From an uncultured Desulfosarcina sp. (GTDB lineage: Bacteria; Desulfobacterota; Desulfobacteria; Desulfobacterales; Desulfosarcinaceae): 64,000 nucleotides of DNA. The notes beneath the pieces were generated by a model, which was not told the DNA's origin, did no database searches, and saw only the letters and a program-made list of their open reading frames with translations. A program made the position numbers and the translations under genes. Shown one piece after another: positions 31,110-41,192 of this stretch; positions within the stretch are counted from its first letter, which is position 1; each line of letters starts with the position of its first letter. The DNA lies in assembly GCA_963674945.2 (NCBI GenBank), contig CAXXWQ010000003.1, forward strand, positions 1,248,001 to 1,312,000. Reading direction: 5' to 3'.

Positions 31110-31538
31110 TCATATGCCAAATTTTCTTAGTACCGCGATCACGCGATCCTGGCTCTGTTTCTGAACGATGACCGCCTTTTTGTGGTGCGCCTTCTTGATT
31201 TTCTCGGACAGGGCGTCCAGATCTGCCGGTTTTTCAACGAAATCGATGGCCCCCGCCTTGATTGCCTCGACGCTTTTTTCCACGGTGGCCTGGCCGGTAA
31301 GAAGGATGATCTGCATCTCCGGCTTCCTTTCCTTGATGGCCTTCAAAGCCTGGATGCCATCCATCTCCGGCATCATGAAGTCCATGACCACAGCGTCGAA
31401 GGAATCGGTTTCCATCAAGGACAATGCCTCGGATGCCGATGTGGAGGTGATGACCTCCATGTCTCTTGCGCGCATGCGTTCTGCCATGATGTCCAAGAAC
31501 TCCGCTTCGTCATCAACCAACAATACTCTTTCCTTCAT
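31110..31538 (-). CDS. Single-domain response regulator
   Basis: LLVDDE, MDFMMPEMDG, LTG and EKP. Confidence 0.93.
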   Translation of the reverse strand: MKERVLLVDDEAEFLDIMAERMRARDMEVITSTSASEALSLMETDSFDAVVMDFMMPEMDGIQALKAIKERKPEMQIILLTGQATVEKSVEAIKAGAIDFVEKPADLDALSEKIKKAHHKKAVIVQKQSQDRVIAVLRKFGI

Positions 31539-31570
31539 GGTACACTCCTATTTTCTGGATAGACACGTTT

Positions 31571-32218
31571 CTATAACGATAGAATAATCTCATTTGCTTC
31601 GGGTTCAATGGTAATATGGGCATTTGTCATTCGTGCCACCGTCAACATCCGGGAAGATGGGAAATCATCGAGGACCGACATCGCCTGATCCGTCGTCTGG
31701 CGAAACCGCACCCGGACACCGGTCTGGTCGGACTCAACAATTATATCCACCGCCGGCGCTTCTGTATTTGCCTCCAATGAACGTCGAAGACAGGCCCAAA
31801 CCAAATTTTCAAGAAAAAACCGATTCGTGTCAACCATTACCGGCTTGGACGGCAGGGTAAGGATCGGTTCCACCCCCCTCATTGAAATGAGCCGGGAGGT
31901 CAGATCGATGACAAACCGGATCACCTCGCACACATCCACGGCCTCCTGGGGATGATCGGCACTGTGGGCGAACCGGTTCATATTCTTTACGATCCGATCC
32001 CCCCGCAGGATCTGGCGTTCGATGGCTTCGGCGAGAATTTTCAATCGTTCGAGGGAAGGCGGCATTCCCCTTTCTCCCATGGCGACCAGATCCTTGAGCA
32101 ATCCGGCATTTTCGTTGACGATGGCAAGAACGTTTTTTATTTCGTGGGACACCGAAGCGGACATTTCGCCGAAAAACCGAATTCCCTCGATAGCCAGCTC
32201 CCGGGATGGATCTGTCAT
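31571..32218 (-). CDS. HisKA protein with degenerate ATPase domain (pseudokinase / candidate phosphotransferase)
   Basis: H-box SASVSHEIKNVLAI; no recognisable N, G1, F or G2 boxes. Start moved to MTDPS. Confidence 0.75.
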   Translation of the reverse strand: MTDPSRELAIEGIRFFGEMSASVSHEIKNVLAIVNENAGLLKDLVAMGERGMPPSLERLKILAEAIERQILRGDRIVKNMNRFAHSADHPQEAVDVCEVIRFVIDLTSRLISMRGVEPILTLPSKPVMVDTNRFFLENLVWACLRRSLEANTEAPAVDIIVESDQTGVRVRFRQTTDQAMSVLDDFPSSRMLTVARMTNAHITIEPEANEIILSL

Positions 32219-32440
32219 AATCTTTTTCCTAATCAATATGGGGGTCGTGTTCCTATGGTCAGAAAAATCATCTATCGATCCAACCTCTCGTTCGCGTCTA
32301 TCCAGAAATAGGAAAATTTGGTCGAGATCAAGGCGTGTGAAAAATTTTACCGCAGGTGCCCCGAAGGAAATGCCCTTGGGGTGCATGTGGTTGATATTCC
32401 GAGGATAAAATTTTTCGCGCAACGCCAGATATCGGGCAAA

Positions 32441-34270
32441 TTAGCCATTTCTGGATGGGCACTCGTTTGCGGATGATCCTCCGGGCCGTTTCAGTGGCAG
32501 GGTGATGGTGAATGCACTGCCCTGATTCACCTTGCTTTGGACCTTGATTTTCCCGCCCATCTGAGAAACCATGCCATAGGTGACGGGCAGTCCCAAGCCG
32601 GCACCACCGGCACCGCTGCTCGTGGAAAAGAACGGTTCGAAGACCCGTTTGAGATCCTCCTGTGGGATGCCGAGCCCTGTGTCGGCAACGGTCACGAAAA
32701 TCTCAGATGATCCACGCATCCCCATGGCAACATTCAGACGTCCGCCGTCTTCCATGGCTGCCATGGCGTTGTTAACCAGATTGAGAATGCTCTGCTGGAG
32801 ATTGCCCCGGTCACACTCGATTGTGGGAATTTCACCTTTTATGGCAACGGTAACGGCGATGGATCGCTGCTTCGCCTCTTTTTCCATAAACGCCAGCACT
32901 TCTCTGACGACATCCTCCACGTTCACCGCCTCAATGGACGACTCCATGTGCCGGGCAAAGCTCAACATCCGCTGGGTTACGGCACCGCATCGCTGCACCG
33001 AGGAAAGCACATCGTCCACGAGGCCGGATATTCGCTCGGTATCGAGGCGATCTCGCTGCAGCAAGATGAGATCTTTCATCAACCCGGCCTTCTGACTGAT
33101 GATCGCCAAAGGATTGTTGACCTCGTGGGCCACACCCGATGCCAGTCGCCCGATGGAGGCCAACTTGTTGGCGTAAGCCACCTGATGAAGGGCGCGCACC
33201 CGACGCCGGTCGGCCAGGTGAATGCGGTTGACCATATATGTGGCGGCAATCAGGATCGTGATGAGAATCACGACGATATTGATAAACAGAAAACCGACAA
33301 GCTGCATGCGAGGCATGCGCCAGAGATCCAGGATCCCGATTTGCCGCTGCACCGTGATGAGGGAAAACGGGCTGTCGGAGATGGGGGCGAGACCCAAAAT
33401 CAACCGTCCTTCCTCCGGGTCGGTTATCTCGAATACTGTAGTACCGGCCGCGGCTTCAGGAATGGGCAGGGAAAGTCTGTCGAAACGGTTTCCATGATAC
33501 CGGCTACGGGTCTGCAGGACGCCCCGATGATCCACGATGAAAACGTCCTCTCCCTCGTCGATGAGAAGTTGTGAGAAGAGATCGTCGAAAATACTCACAG
33601 CCAGCGTGGATCGCAGGACGAAGAATCCTCCTTCATCCCGGTCCTGTCGAAGGGCCATGATCAGTCGCCCTTCCTGTTTTGAATCGGACGACACCGCTTC
33701 GCTGATGGCAAACCCGTTAACAGTGACTTGGCGAAACCCATTGTCGTCCATTGCCGGATTCATGGTGGCATCTCCCGGACCGGCGTAAGCCTGGACTCTT
33801 TTATGATCGACGACCACGGCCAGGTCCACGAAGCCGTCCATCACACCCTTGAGGTGGATGAGAACGGCGTCCAGCCGTCCGGGTGCCAACAGTTGAGAAT
33901 AGGTGTTGTCCTGCAGGATAAAGGCCAGGGCCGAACGACGCTGTGACAACGCATGGGAAACACTTCGCCATGTATTGGTAACGATGCGTTCGACTTCCAG
34001 CTTTGCCTCTGTTTCGAAGGAGTGACGGGTCAACCGGTAATCGATCAGGGTAACGATAAGAAGTGGCACCAGTGTGAAGATCGTCATGAAGGCAACGAGC
34101 ATCAGCCATCTGCGTCGATAGCCAAAATGCCGTCTCGTTGGATCCGAGCCAGGCTCTTCGTAATCCCAGAATCGGGGTTTGAACATATATGATCTCCAAC
34201 GGTCAATACCGGATCGTGGGTATGTTCGTGGTGAAACGGAGTCAGGGGTCATCCGTTCGATTCTTTTCAT
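32441..34270 (-). CDS. Membrane sensor histidine kinase (Cache-like periplasmic domain)
   Basis: Two TM helices; GVAHEVNNPL, NLVNNA, DTGLGI, FEPFF and GAGLGL. Start uncertain. Confidence 0.92.
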   Translation of the reverse strand: MKRIERMTPDSVSPRTYPRSGIDRWRSYMFKPRFWDYEEPGSDPTRRHFGYRRRWLMLVAFMTIFTLVPLLIVTLIDYRLTRHSFETEAKLEVERIVTNTWRSVSHALSQRRSALAFILQDNTYSQLLAPGRLDAVLIHLKGVMDGFVDLAVVVDHKRVQAYAGPGDATMNPAMDDNGFRQVTVNGFAISEAVSSDSKQEGRLIMALRQDRDEGGFFVLRSTLAVSIFDDLFSQLLIDEGEDVFIVDHRGVLQTRSRYHGNRFDRLSLPIPEAAAGTTVFEITDPEEGRLILGLAPISDSPFSLITVQRQIGILDLWRMPRMQLVGFLFINIVVILITILIAATYMVNRIHLADRRRVRALHQVAYANKLASIGRLASGVAHEVNNPLAIISQKAGLMKDLILLQRDRLDTERISGLVDDVLSSVQRCGAVTQRMLSFARHMESSIEAVNVEDVVREVLAFMEKEAKQRSIAVTVAIKGEIPTIECDRGNLQQSILNLVNNAMAAMEDGGRLNVAMGMRGSSEIFVTVADTGLGIPQEDLKRVFEPFFSTSSGAGGAGLGLPVTYGMVSQMGGKIKVQSKVNQGSAFTITLPLKRPGGSSANECPSRNG

Positions 34271-35459
34271 GGGCCTTTTTTATCGTATCACTCAATATTT
34301 CCATGTCCACGGGTTTTTGCAGGTAGGCGAATGCCCCTTGCGCCATGCATCGTTTTCGATCCGACTCGTCTCCATGGCCGGTCAGGATGATGACCTCGAT
34401 CGCAGGTCGCATCTCCTTTGTCAACGCGAGTACCGACATGCCATCCATTTTTGGCATCTTGAGGTCCAGAACCATCACTTCGGGTGGATCTTCCCGCACC
34501 ATTTCCAAGGCGGTCTCTCCGTCAAAGGCCACGGCAGAGCCCATGTCACGAAGTTGAAGCCGCTCTGAAAGCGTCTTGACGAATTCTTGTTCATCGTCCA
34601 CCAACAATACCCGGGAGGGATGTTCCATACTGAATCTGTAATAGATCTGCGGTGATGGATTCATCCTTTCCTGTATTACGGCGACCGATTGAACGCCGGT
34701 TACGGCCCCGGCAAGATCGCAAAGATCCTTTTCTAGTAGAGATCGATTCAACACCTGCTTGCCGATGGTCAACACGACCTGACCCCTATCGGCCGAAACA
34801 GAGACGTCGTGACCGGCCCGGTACAATGTCATTTCGACGGTGGCCGAAAGCGCGAAATCATCCAACGCCTGATACAGGGTGTCACCAGACGATTCAGCTC
34901 CGTTTTCATTATGGGCCTTGATCAAGGCAGCCGCCTTTTCCCGATCTGTCTGGTGCATGGAAAGGACGATGTCGTACAGGGATGGATCCCATGGATCATT
35001 TATACCATAAAGGAATTCGGCCCAGGCGGCACTGTCGACATCGTCGGCCCGGATTTGCTGCAAGGCCGACTGTTCGTCCGTTGCGGACTTCGTTTGCGCA
35101 TAAATAATGCGGTAAGATGTCGGCGCTGCAATGCACACCCGATGAATGTCACGGATTGACCGGGGAATGAGCAGGCTGCAAAATCCGTGTACCAAAAGCG
35201 GTGCTGTGCTCAATTCCCTTGCCAGCGCTACCCGTAACGAGGCGATGGAAAACTCCTTTTCGTGGGTAAATGGGTTGAAAACCGAAGTATTGGCAGAGAA
35301 TGCGCACCGAATTTTCTTTACCGGAATACCGGACACGTCTGCTGCTTTTTCGATGAGTTCCTGGTCGGTGATCAGACGGATTCCGGAAGCGGCGACAAGG
35401 TCGTCGACGATTTTGTCTGCGCCACAGTACACCCCACCGAATATGGCAATCCCAGGCAT
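34242..35459 (-). CDS. Cytidylate-kinase-like domain fused to a receiver domain
   Basis: N-terminal Cytidylate_kin2-like pattern (IAIFGGVYCGA, DPWDPSLYDIVL), BON-like middle, C-terminal REC (LLVDDE, LDLKMP, LTGHG, QKP). Confidence 0.8.
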   Translation of the reverse strand: MPGIAIFGGVYCGADKIVDDLVAASGIRLITDQELIEKAADVSGIPVKKIRCAFSANTSVFNPFTHEKEFSIASLRVALARELSTAPLLVHGFCSLLIPRSIRDIHRVCIAAPTSYRIIYAQTKSATDEQSALQQIRADDVDSAAWAEFLYGINDPWDPSLYDIVLSMHQTDREKAAALIKAHNENGAESSGDTLYQALDDFALSATVEMTLYRAGHDVSVSADRGQVVLTIGKQVLNRSLLEKDLCDLAGAVTGVQSVAVIQERMNPSPQIYYRFSMEHPSRVLLVDDEQEFVKTLSERLQLRDMGSAVAFDGETALEMVREDPPEVMVLDLKMPKMDGMSVLALTKEMRPAIEVIILTGHGDESDRKRCMAQGAFAYLQKPVDMEILSDTIKKAHEKNRTDDP

Positions 35460-35740
35460 GGTTACGTTCCTGTGGCGCGATCCTTCAATACAGGATCCTT
35501 GTCCTTGAATTGATGCAAAATCATTGTCGTGGCAACAAAGGCAACACTGAAAAACCGGGCCGTGGCGGCTGCCTGGAACCAGTTTCGTGAAAAGGGCCGC
35601 GTCGCTGCGTCAAAGATTGCATTTGGTAAGGACATGTGTTACCGGTTTGTCAATTCTCGACCAAATAATTGAAAAAGCCGTCCATGATTGGTCGGGAATT
35701 TTTAAATGACTGTTAGGGTATTGTCAATAGGAGACACGAA

Positions 35741-36976
35741 ATGTCCCCCATACCGGAAAAGGCGGAACTGCTCAACACGCTCAGGCAAGGTCAATTTGCC
35801 GTACCGGACTTCATTTATGTGTCCGCACAGGATTTTGAAAATGAGAATTTCTCCCAGCTGGAGTCTTTTTTGCAGAGTCGCCGGGAGAGTTTCAAGGTAA
35901 TCGCCAGAAGCGCCCACCCCCAGGAGCATCGATTCAAGGGGGGCACATTCGATTCCCTGGAGACATACGCGGATGTTGCCGGTATCCGCTATGCTAGAAA
36001 CAAGATGATCAAACTGGCAAAAACCAGCAGGCATCTCTCCATCGCCCGGCAGCAACGGTTCAATCATGCCCCGAAGATCGATCTGGAACAAATGGGGGTA
36101 ATCGTCATGCCATTTATCGACGGATCCAGCGTGATGGCGAAGATGATCGGCGGACATTGGGAATTCGGATATTGCCGGGACCGTATTCACAAAATACAAA
36201 GCGAGCCCTACATTACCCGAACCCCCCACGACCGACGCCTGGTCCAGTTGTCCAAAGATATGCAGCACTATTTGGGGTTTCGGTGTGAAATCGAGTATAT
36301 CATCGCCGCCGATGGCGAGATTCACGTGGTGCAGGCCAAGGACATCTCAGACATCGATACCCTGGAAGAGAAAGAAAGTCGGCGTTCCATCGGCTTAGAT
36401 GGCATCCGACGGATCCGGAAGTGGCGAAGCTACCGGGAACGGCCCTTGTATGTAATGGACAACAAGGCCTTTTACATCGACATCATTTCCCAGTGCGAAG
36501 AGGTGTTTCATTCCAAAAAGAAACCGAGCAGACAGGACATCGTTCCCATTGTCGACTTCGTTTCGGCCTACCAGGCCGATCTCGAGGCCTTTGCATTACG
36601 CCACCAGCGCTATGCCGTATTGGGGATGGCCATCCAGGACCCGGTGGAGTTGTATCAGATTGCCAGCCATTATTTGGACGACACCCCGGAACTGCAAAAG
36701 GAACTGTCCAAGGCTCTCCACAACAACCTTTACCAGATCGACATCTTTCTGTCGGAAGCCGACACGCTTATCGTCAAGGATCGATTCCGGATAAACTTGT
36801 GCAGCCACGACGCCTACGGCATCGATACGGTGAGAAACCCGCTTTGGACGGTCTATTGGCAGGCTGACCGGCATTCGAAGGTGGTCACAGAATTCAAGCG
36901 GGTGGGATTCAAGACCGGCGACACCGTGGGGATCCACATTGACGCGGAAGACAAACCGACTGTTTATCGACTCTGA
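35741..36976 (+). CDS. PEP-synthase/PPDK N-terminal (ATP-grasp)-like protein with unknown C-terminal domain
   Basis: EKAELL..L....FAVP, VIARSA, GGTFDS, MGVIVM and EIEYII...GEIHVVQAK follow the PPDK_N motif order; AGGAG RBS. Confidence 0.65.
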   Translation: MSPIPEKAELLNTLRQGQFAVPDFIYVSAQDFENENFSQLESFLQSRRESFKVIARSAHPQEHRFKGGTFDSLETYADVAGIRYARNKMIKLAKTSRHLSIARQQRFNHAPKIDLEQMGVIVMPFIDGSSVMAKMIGGHWEFGYCRDRIHKIQSEPYITRTPHDRRLVQLSKDMQHYLGFRCEIEYIIAADGEIHVVQAKDISDIDTLEEKESRRSIGLDGIRRIRKWRSYRERPLYVMDNKAFYIDIISQCEEVFHSKKKPSRQDIVPIVDFVSAYQADLEAFALRHQRYAVLGMAIQDPVELYQIASHYLDDTPELQKELSKALHNNLYQIDIFLSEADTLIVKDRFRINLCSHDAYGIDTVRNPLWTVYWQADRHSKVVTEFKRVGFKTGDTVGIHIDAEDKPTVYRL

Positions 36977-37037
36977 TTGCCGTTAAATAAACTTTGGGCT
37001 ATGCCCGATCGAGCCGAAAAGGGTAGGATCGATTTTG

Positions 37038-37280
37038 CGAACTTCGAACATTGAACGTCGAACGTTGAATGATGCAATCGCTTCGCTCCGTCGTCTGATA
37101 AAACGATCTTGTTTTTTTGTTGCCGTCAGTGAAGCAGGGCGGCAAGATTTGGGAACGACAGAATTCCTTATTCGATGTTCGAAGTTGGACGTTCAGTGTT
37201 CGAAGTTCATGGATCGGTTTTCAGTCCCCTTCGAGAAGGCTTCATCAAACCACCTGCTCTTCGGGAGGTCGGTGACTTGG
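37038..37280 (-). repeat. Family A element, full copy (reverse orientation)
   Basis: Reverse complement aligns along 6237-6490. Confidence 0.9.
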
Positions 37281-37283
37281 AAG

Positions 37284-37790
37284 CTACTTCACATCATCGT
37301 CGATTTTCGACAGTGCCTTTAAAAGTCCAAGGGGTGAATGCTGCAACGAAAGTTTGCTGATCGCGGCCATCCGTTTTTCATTGCTCTCGAATTTCTTTTT
37401 CAGTCTTGCCTGATAGGCATCCTTGAGCGATTCCACAAGCTTATCGAAATCGTAGGGTTTCTCCAGGTATTTAAAGGCACCGAGTTTTGTGCACTCAACT
37501 GCCGAATCGACGGTGGCGTGACCGGTGAGCATAATAATCTCGATGAATTTGTGGGTCTGTTTTAGGATGCGCAGCACCTGTTCCCCATCAGTACCCGGCA
37601 TCTGAAGATCCAATACCGCCACGTCAAAGCCGCCTTTTTTTGCCGCCTCGATGGCATCCTCACCATTGGTGGCTGTCTCAACCGTAAAGCCCTTCATCCG
37701 AAGTCGATTCGAAACCGCATCGAGGAATTTGACTTCGTCATCCACCAAAAGAAGTTTAATTTGGTTTTCCGTTTCCATGGTGTCCTCCAC
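37284..37790 (-). CDS. Response regulator (receiver plus short helical tail)
   Basis: LLVDDE, LDLQMPGTDG, LTGH and EKP. Confidence 0.93.
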   Translation of the reverse strand: MEDTMETENQIKLLLVDDEVKFLDAVSNRLRMKGFTVETATNGEDAIEAAKKGGFDVAVLDLQMPGTDGEQVLRILKQTHKFIEIIMLTGHATVDSAVECTKLGAFKYLEKPYDFDKLVESLKDAYQARLKKKFESNEKRMAAISKLSLQHSPLGLLKALSKIDDDVK

Positions 37791-37858
37791 ATGTATGAAG
37801 TGAAATGGTGTTGTCGTCGTATTATGCGGTTTTTATCAGAAACCGATGGTGATTTGTC

Positions 37859-38512
37859 TTATACTATTTTTGTCGGAACATCAATCTCGAGGCGGTCCGA
37901 AGACCGGTCCCAAAGGATGGAAACACCGATGGATGCGGCCATTTTTTTTAAGTCTTCCTCGGGAAAGACCTGGTATTCTTCGGCACTGAAGCCATAAACG
38001 AAAATGCACCAGGTCGAATCGTCTTTGGTCTGGACGAAAATTTCCAACTCGCCCTGGGGACCGGTATGTTGAAATGCCTGAACCACGACCTGGTAAACGA
38101 TGGAGTGCAAAATAAAGGGACAGGTCTCCACGGTGGGCGCTGCATCACCGCTGGAATTCAAACGCGTTTTGCCCGCATAGCTGAGATAACCGGAAAGATT
38201 GCATACCAGGTCCAACACTTCCATCAGATTGACAGTACCAACGGGATGATCGACGCTGTGGGCGAACCGATTCATCTGTCGTATGGTGGAAAATCCCCGC
38301 TGGATTTCTTCGACGATGCTGTCGACGCTGCTGGTAAGCATATCGGTTGGAACGGATTGACCTTCTCCTGCCATTTCGGCCAGATCTTTGAGCAAACCGG
38401 CTGTTTCCGAAATAATGGCCATGACGTTTTTCAATTCATGGGAAATGGAAGCGTTGACCTTTCCGAAAAACCCCAGGCTTGCATAGCCAAACAGGTCGTC
38501 TTGGTTTACCAT
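37859..38512 (-). CDS. Second HisKA protein with degenerate ATPase domain
   Basis: FFGKVNASISHELKNVMAIISE and MNRFAHS shared with 31571-32218; no G boxes. Confidence 0.78.
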   Translation of the reverse strand: MVNQDDLFGYASLGFFGKVNASISHELKNVMAIISETAGLLKDLAEMAGEGQSVPTDMLTSSVDSIVEEIQRGFSTIRQMNRFAHSVDHPVGTVNLMEVLDLVCNLSGYLSYAGKTRLNSSGDAAPTVETCPFILHSIVYQVVVQAFQHTGPQGELEIFVQTKDDSTWCIFVYGFSAEEYQVFPEEDLKKMAASIGVSILWDRSSDRLEIDVPTKIV

Positions 38513-38611
38513 AATCACCTTCTTCGATTTTACGTATGGACCTCATCTGGTATTCCTCATCCGGGCAACGATGAATCGGTACCAGTGAATGACGCAGACC
38601 GTCGTCTCCCC

Positions 38612-38962
38612 TTACTTCAATTGGTTCAAGGTTTCAATCAGATCTTCGATCTTCAGCGGCTTGGGCAGATATTCGTCGGCCTCAATGATACCGGCGTGGT
38701 AATCGGCATCCGAGCCATGACCGGTAAGAAAGACGAATTTCATTTTCGGATTCAATACGGCCAGTTGCCGTCGTAATTCGATGCCACCGATTCCCGGCAT
38801 TTTGACATCCAGAAGTGCCGCGTCGAAAGGTGGTTCCGACTTGACAATTTCCAGGGCATCATTGCCGGTAAAGGCTACCGCTACGGTGAATCCTCTCAAT
38901 TCTAACCGTTTGGCCAGCATAAGTGCAAACTTTTGTTCATCGTCGACAAGCAAGACCTTCAT
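38612..38962 (-). CDS. Single-domain response regulator
   Basis: LLVDDE, LDVKMPGIGG, LTGHG and PKP. Confidence 0.93.
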   Translation of the reverse strand: MKVLLVDDEQKFALMLAKRLELRGFTVAVAFTGNDALEIVKSEPPFDAALLDVKMPGIGGIELRRQLAVLNPKMKFVFLTGHGSDADYHAGIIEADEYLPKPLKIEDLIETLNQLK

Positions 38963-40719
38963 GGTAGATTATCTCTCTCCAGTTGGACGGGAAGGGTGAT
39001 CACGAACGTCGTTCCCTTGCCCGTTTGACTTTGAACCTCTATGTCGCCGTGGAGTTTTTTCACCAGTCCATAGGTAATGGAGAGGCCCAAACCGGTTCCC
39101 TTTCCCTCGGGTTTCGTGGTGAAAAACGGCTCAAACACTTTATTGAGGTGATCTTCCGAAATGCCACATCCATTGTCCTGAATCACGAGGCGAACGCGAT
39201 CGGGAGATGCAATCTCGGCACGAATGGCCACACTGCACCCGTTGCCAATGGCCTGAAAAGCGTTGTTTACCAAATTGAGGATAATCTGCTGCAGTTTCCC
39301 CCGGTCGGTTTCGATAATGGGTACGGTATCGGGGATGTCCATATGAATGGAAATGTTGCGATATTCAGCCTCCTTTTTGTGGAAATTGAGTACATCGGAG
39401 ACGATTTCCTTCAGGTCTGTGGACTGGGTCTTTACGTCGAAACGCCGGGCAAATCCCAGCAATTGGCGTGTGATGATGCCGCAACGATCAACGGCATCGA
39501 TGATCGAATCGATATGCTCCAACAGCTCGGGATCATCCTTATACTGATCCTTTAACTGAAACAGATCGCGCACATAGCCGGCGGTCTCGTTGATCAGGGC
39601 CAGCGGATTGTTGATTTCATGGGCAACCCCGGCAGCCAGTTGTCCAACGGAGGCCAACTGGCAGTTCTGTTCGGCAGCGACCATGGTCTTTGCCTTTTCC
39701 CGATCCGCTTTAAAAATCTTATTGACCATGATCGTGGATGTAAGGGTGATCACCGCAACGACGATCAACGTGCTGACGCCGAGGAACCAATTGATGTTGG
39801 ATCGCATGTCCATCCACACCTTCATCAGTCCCGCTTTTTGTTTGACCACCATGAGGATAAAAGGTGTATCGACAACTTTGGTGTTGATGAATGCATAACC
39901 GACGACGATCTGCTGTCCTTTGGAATCCGTGGACAAAACGGCTTGGGTACGCTCGGAATAGACCGGCGGCATGATCTTCATCCGGTGGTCTTCCCGCTCG
40001 TAGAACGGCGAGGGCGTCTGAAGCAGACCGTTGCGGTTGACGAGAAAGATGTCCACGTGCTGGCCGGTCTCATAGGAGGAAAGGGTCTGGAACAGCTTTT
40101 CCGTCTCCAGGGTGGCGCGAAGAAAGAAATGTCGACCATCCGGCCGGTTGGATTTCACCGCCAGGACAATATGGGGGATGTCACGGTATCCGGAAAAGAT
40201 TTCACTTACACAGGCATCGTGCTGTTGGCATGCCATGAACCAGTCTTGCTCGCCGTAGTATTTTCCTTCCAGGTTGTAAGGGCCGGCGTAGGCGACCTGT
40301 GTCCCACCATCATCGATGACGCTCAGATCGGTCAGCCCTCCGAAACCCAGTTTCAGATTTCGCAATATCTGGGAGAGTGTTTCGGGATGGTTCAACTGTT
40401 CGTATACCATCTCATTGGCGGTAAAGGTCAACGCATCCAGTCGTTCCTCCAGCAGGAAGGTTACCGCTCTCCTTGCATTGGACGTCAGTCGTTCCGTTCG
40501 CAAAATGGATTCGGTATCCATGGAGCGTTCGATCAGCTGGTAGTAGATCATCGTCATGAAGAGCAACGGCAACAACGATGTGGCCATCAGGATAAAAATG
40601 GTCATGACCCAGGTTTCCCGATAGTCCTGAAATGTATAGTATGGATGCAGGTGTTCATCTTCGTCACGATGAAACCGTGGCCACACCGTTCTTCCCAAAT
40701 TGCGGAGAAAACCCATCAT
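38959..40719 (-). CDS. Membrane sensor histidine kinase (Cache-like), paralogue of 32441-34270
   Basis: GVAHEINNPL, NLVNNA, DNGCGI, FEPFFTTK and GTGLGL; shares AYAGP, LQT and ECDRG/ETDRG motifs with its paralogue. Confidence 0.94.
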   Translation of the reverse strand: MMGFLRNLGRTVWPRFHRDEDEHLHPYYTFQDYRETWVMTIFILMATSLLPLLFMTMIYYQLIERSMDTESILRTERLTSNARRAVTFLLEERLDALTFTANEMVYEQLNHPETLSQILRNLKLGFGGLTDLSVIDDGGTQVAYAGPYNLEGKYYGEQDWFMACQQHDACVSEIFSGYRDIPHIVLAVKSNRPDGRHFFLRATLETEKLFQTLSSYETGQHVDIFLVNRNGLLQTPSPFYEREDHRMKIMPPVYSERTQAVLSTDSKGQQIVVGYAFINTKVVDTPFILMVVKQKAGLMKVWMDMRSNINWFLGVSTLIVVAVITLTSTIMVNKIFKADREKAKTMVAAEQNCQLASVGQLAAGVAHEINNPLALINETAGYVRDLFQLKDQYKDDPELLEHIDSIIDAVDRCGIITRQLLGFARRFDVKTQSTDLKEIVSDVLNFHKKEAEYRNISIHMDIPDTVPIIETDRGKLQQIILNLVNNAFQAIGNGCSVAIRAEIASPDRVRLVIQDNGCGISEDHLNKVFEPFFTTKPEGKGTGLGLSITYGLVKKLHGDIEVQSQTGKGTTFVITLPVQLERDNLP

Positions 40720-41087
40720 TCCGATTTCTCTTTGATCTGATTCGCGATCTGAACCAGGCGATCGATGTCCGCCGGTTTATTGAAAAAGGCCAGTGCCCCT
40801 TCGGCCATGCAACGCTCTCTGTCCAGATCCGTTCCGTGACCGGTAAGGATGACGACTTCGGCCGAAGGCCAACGTTTTTTAATCTGAATAAGAACATCCG
40901 TACCATACATGTCAGGCAGTCTCAAATCCAGTATGGTCAGGGGGAAAAATTTCTCGGCAACGGTGTCGACAGCTGTTTGGCCGTCATATCGGACCGTGCA
41001 TTCAATTCCCCGTAATCCAAGCCTTCTGGCCAGCATGTCGGCGTATCGTTGTTCGTCATCGACGATCAGAGTTTCACTTTGTTTCAT
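40716..41087 (-). CDS. Single-domain response regulator
   Basis: LIVDDE, LDLRLPDMYG, LTGHG and NKP. Confidence 0.92.
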   Translation of the reverse strand: MKQSETLIVDDEQRYADMLARRLGLRGIECTVRYDGQTAVDTVAEKFFPLTILDLRLPDMYGTDVLIQIKKRWPSAEVVILTGHGTDLDRERCMAEGALAFFNKPADIDRLVQIANQIKEKSE

Positions 41088-41192
41088 TATGCAACTATCA
41101 TTTGGGTTGACTCTTCGCAAAACTTAATCTATATGAAACATATAGTCGCTTTTGTTTTATTTGTAAACACTTTAATTTGGAGAGTTGGTTAA

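Noticed and set aside
32219..32422. 68-aa N-terminal extension of the first pseudokinase as a sensor domain
   Set aside because: The paralogue at 37859-38512 starts at the equivalent of 32218, and an RBS-like AGGA precedes that ATG.
35460..35740. sigma54 -24/-12 promoters here and upstream of dctP
   Set aside because: The candidates lack the GG or have GG-N9-GC spacing instead of N10.
37035..37360. Small ORFs over family A/B/C repeats (also 6175-6408, 6387-6596, 21485-21718, 26169-26468 and 57928-58224)
   Set aside because: They are translations of non-coding repeats; their mutual similarity reflects the DNA repeat.
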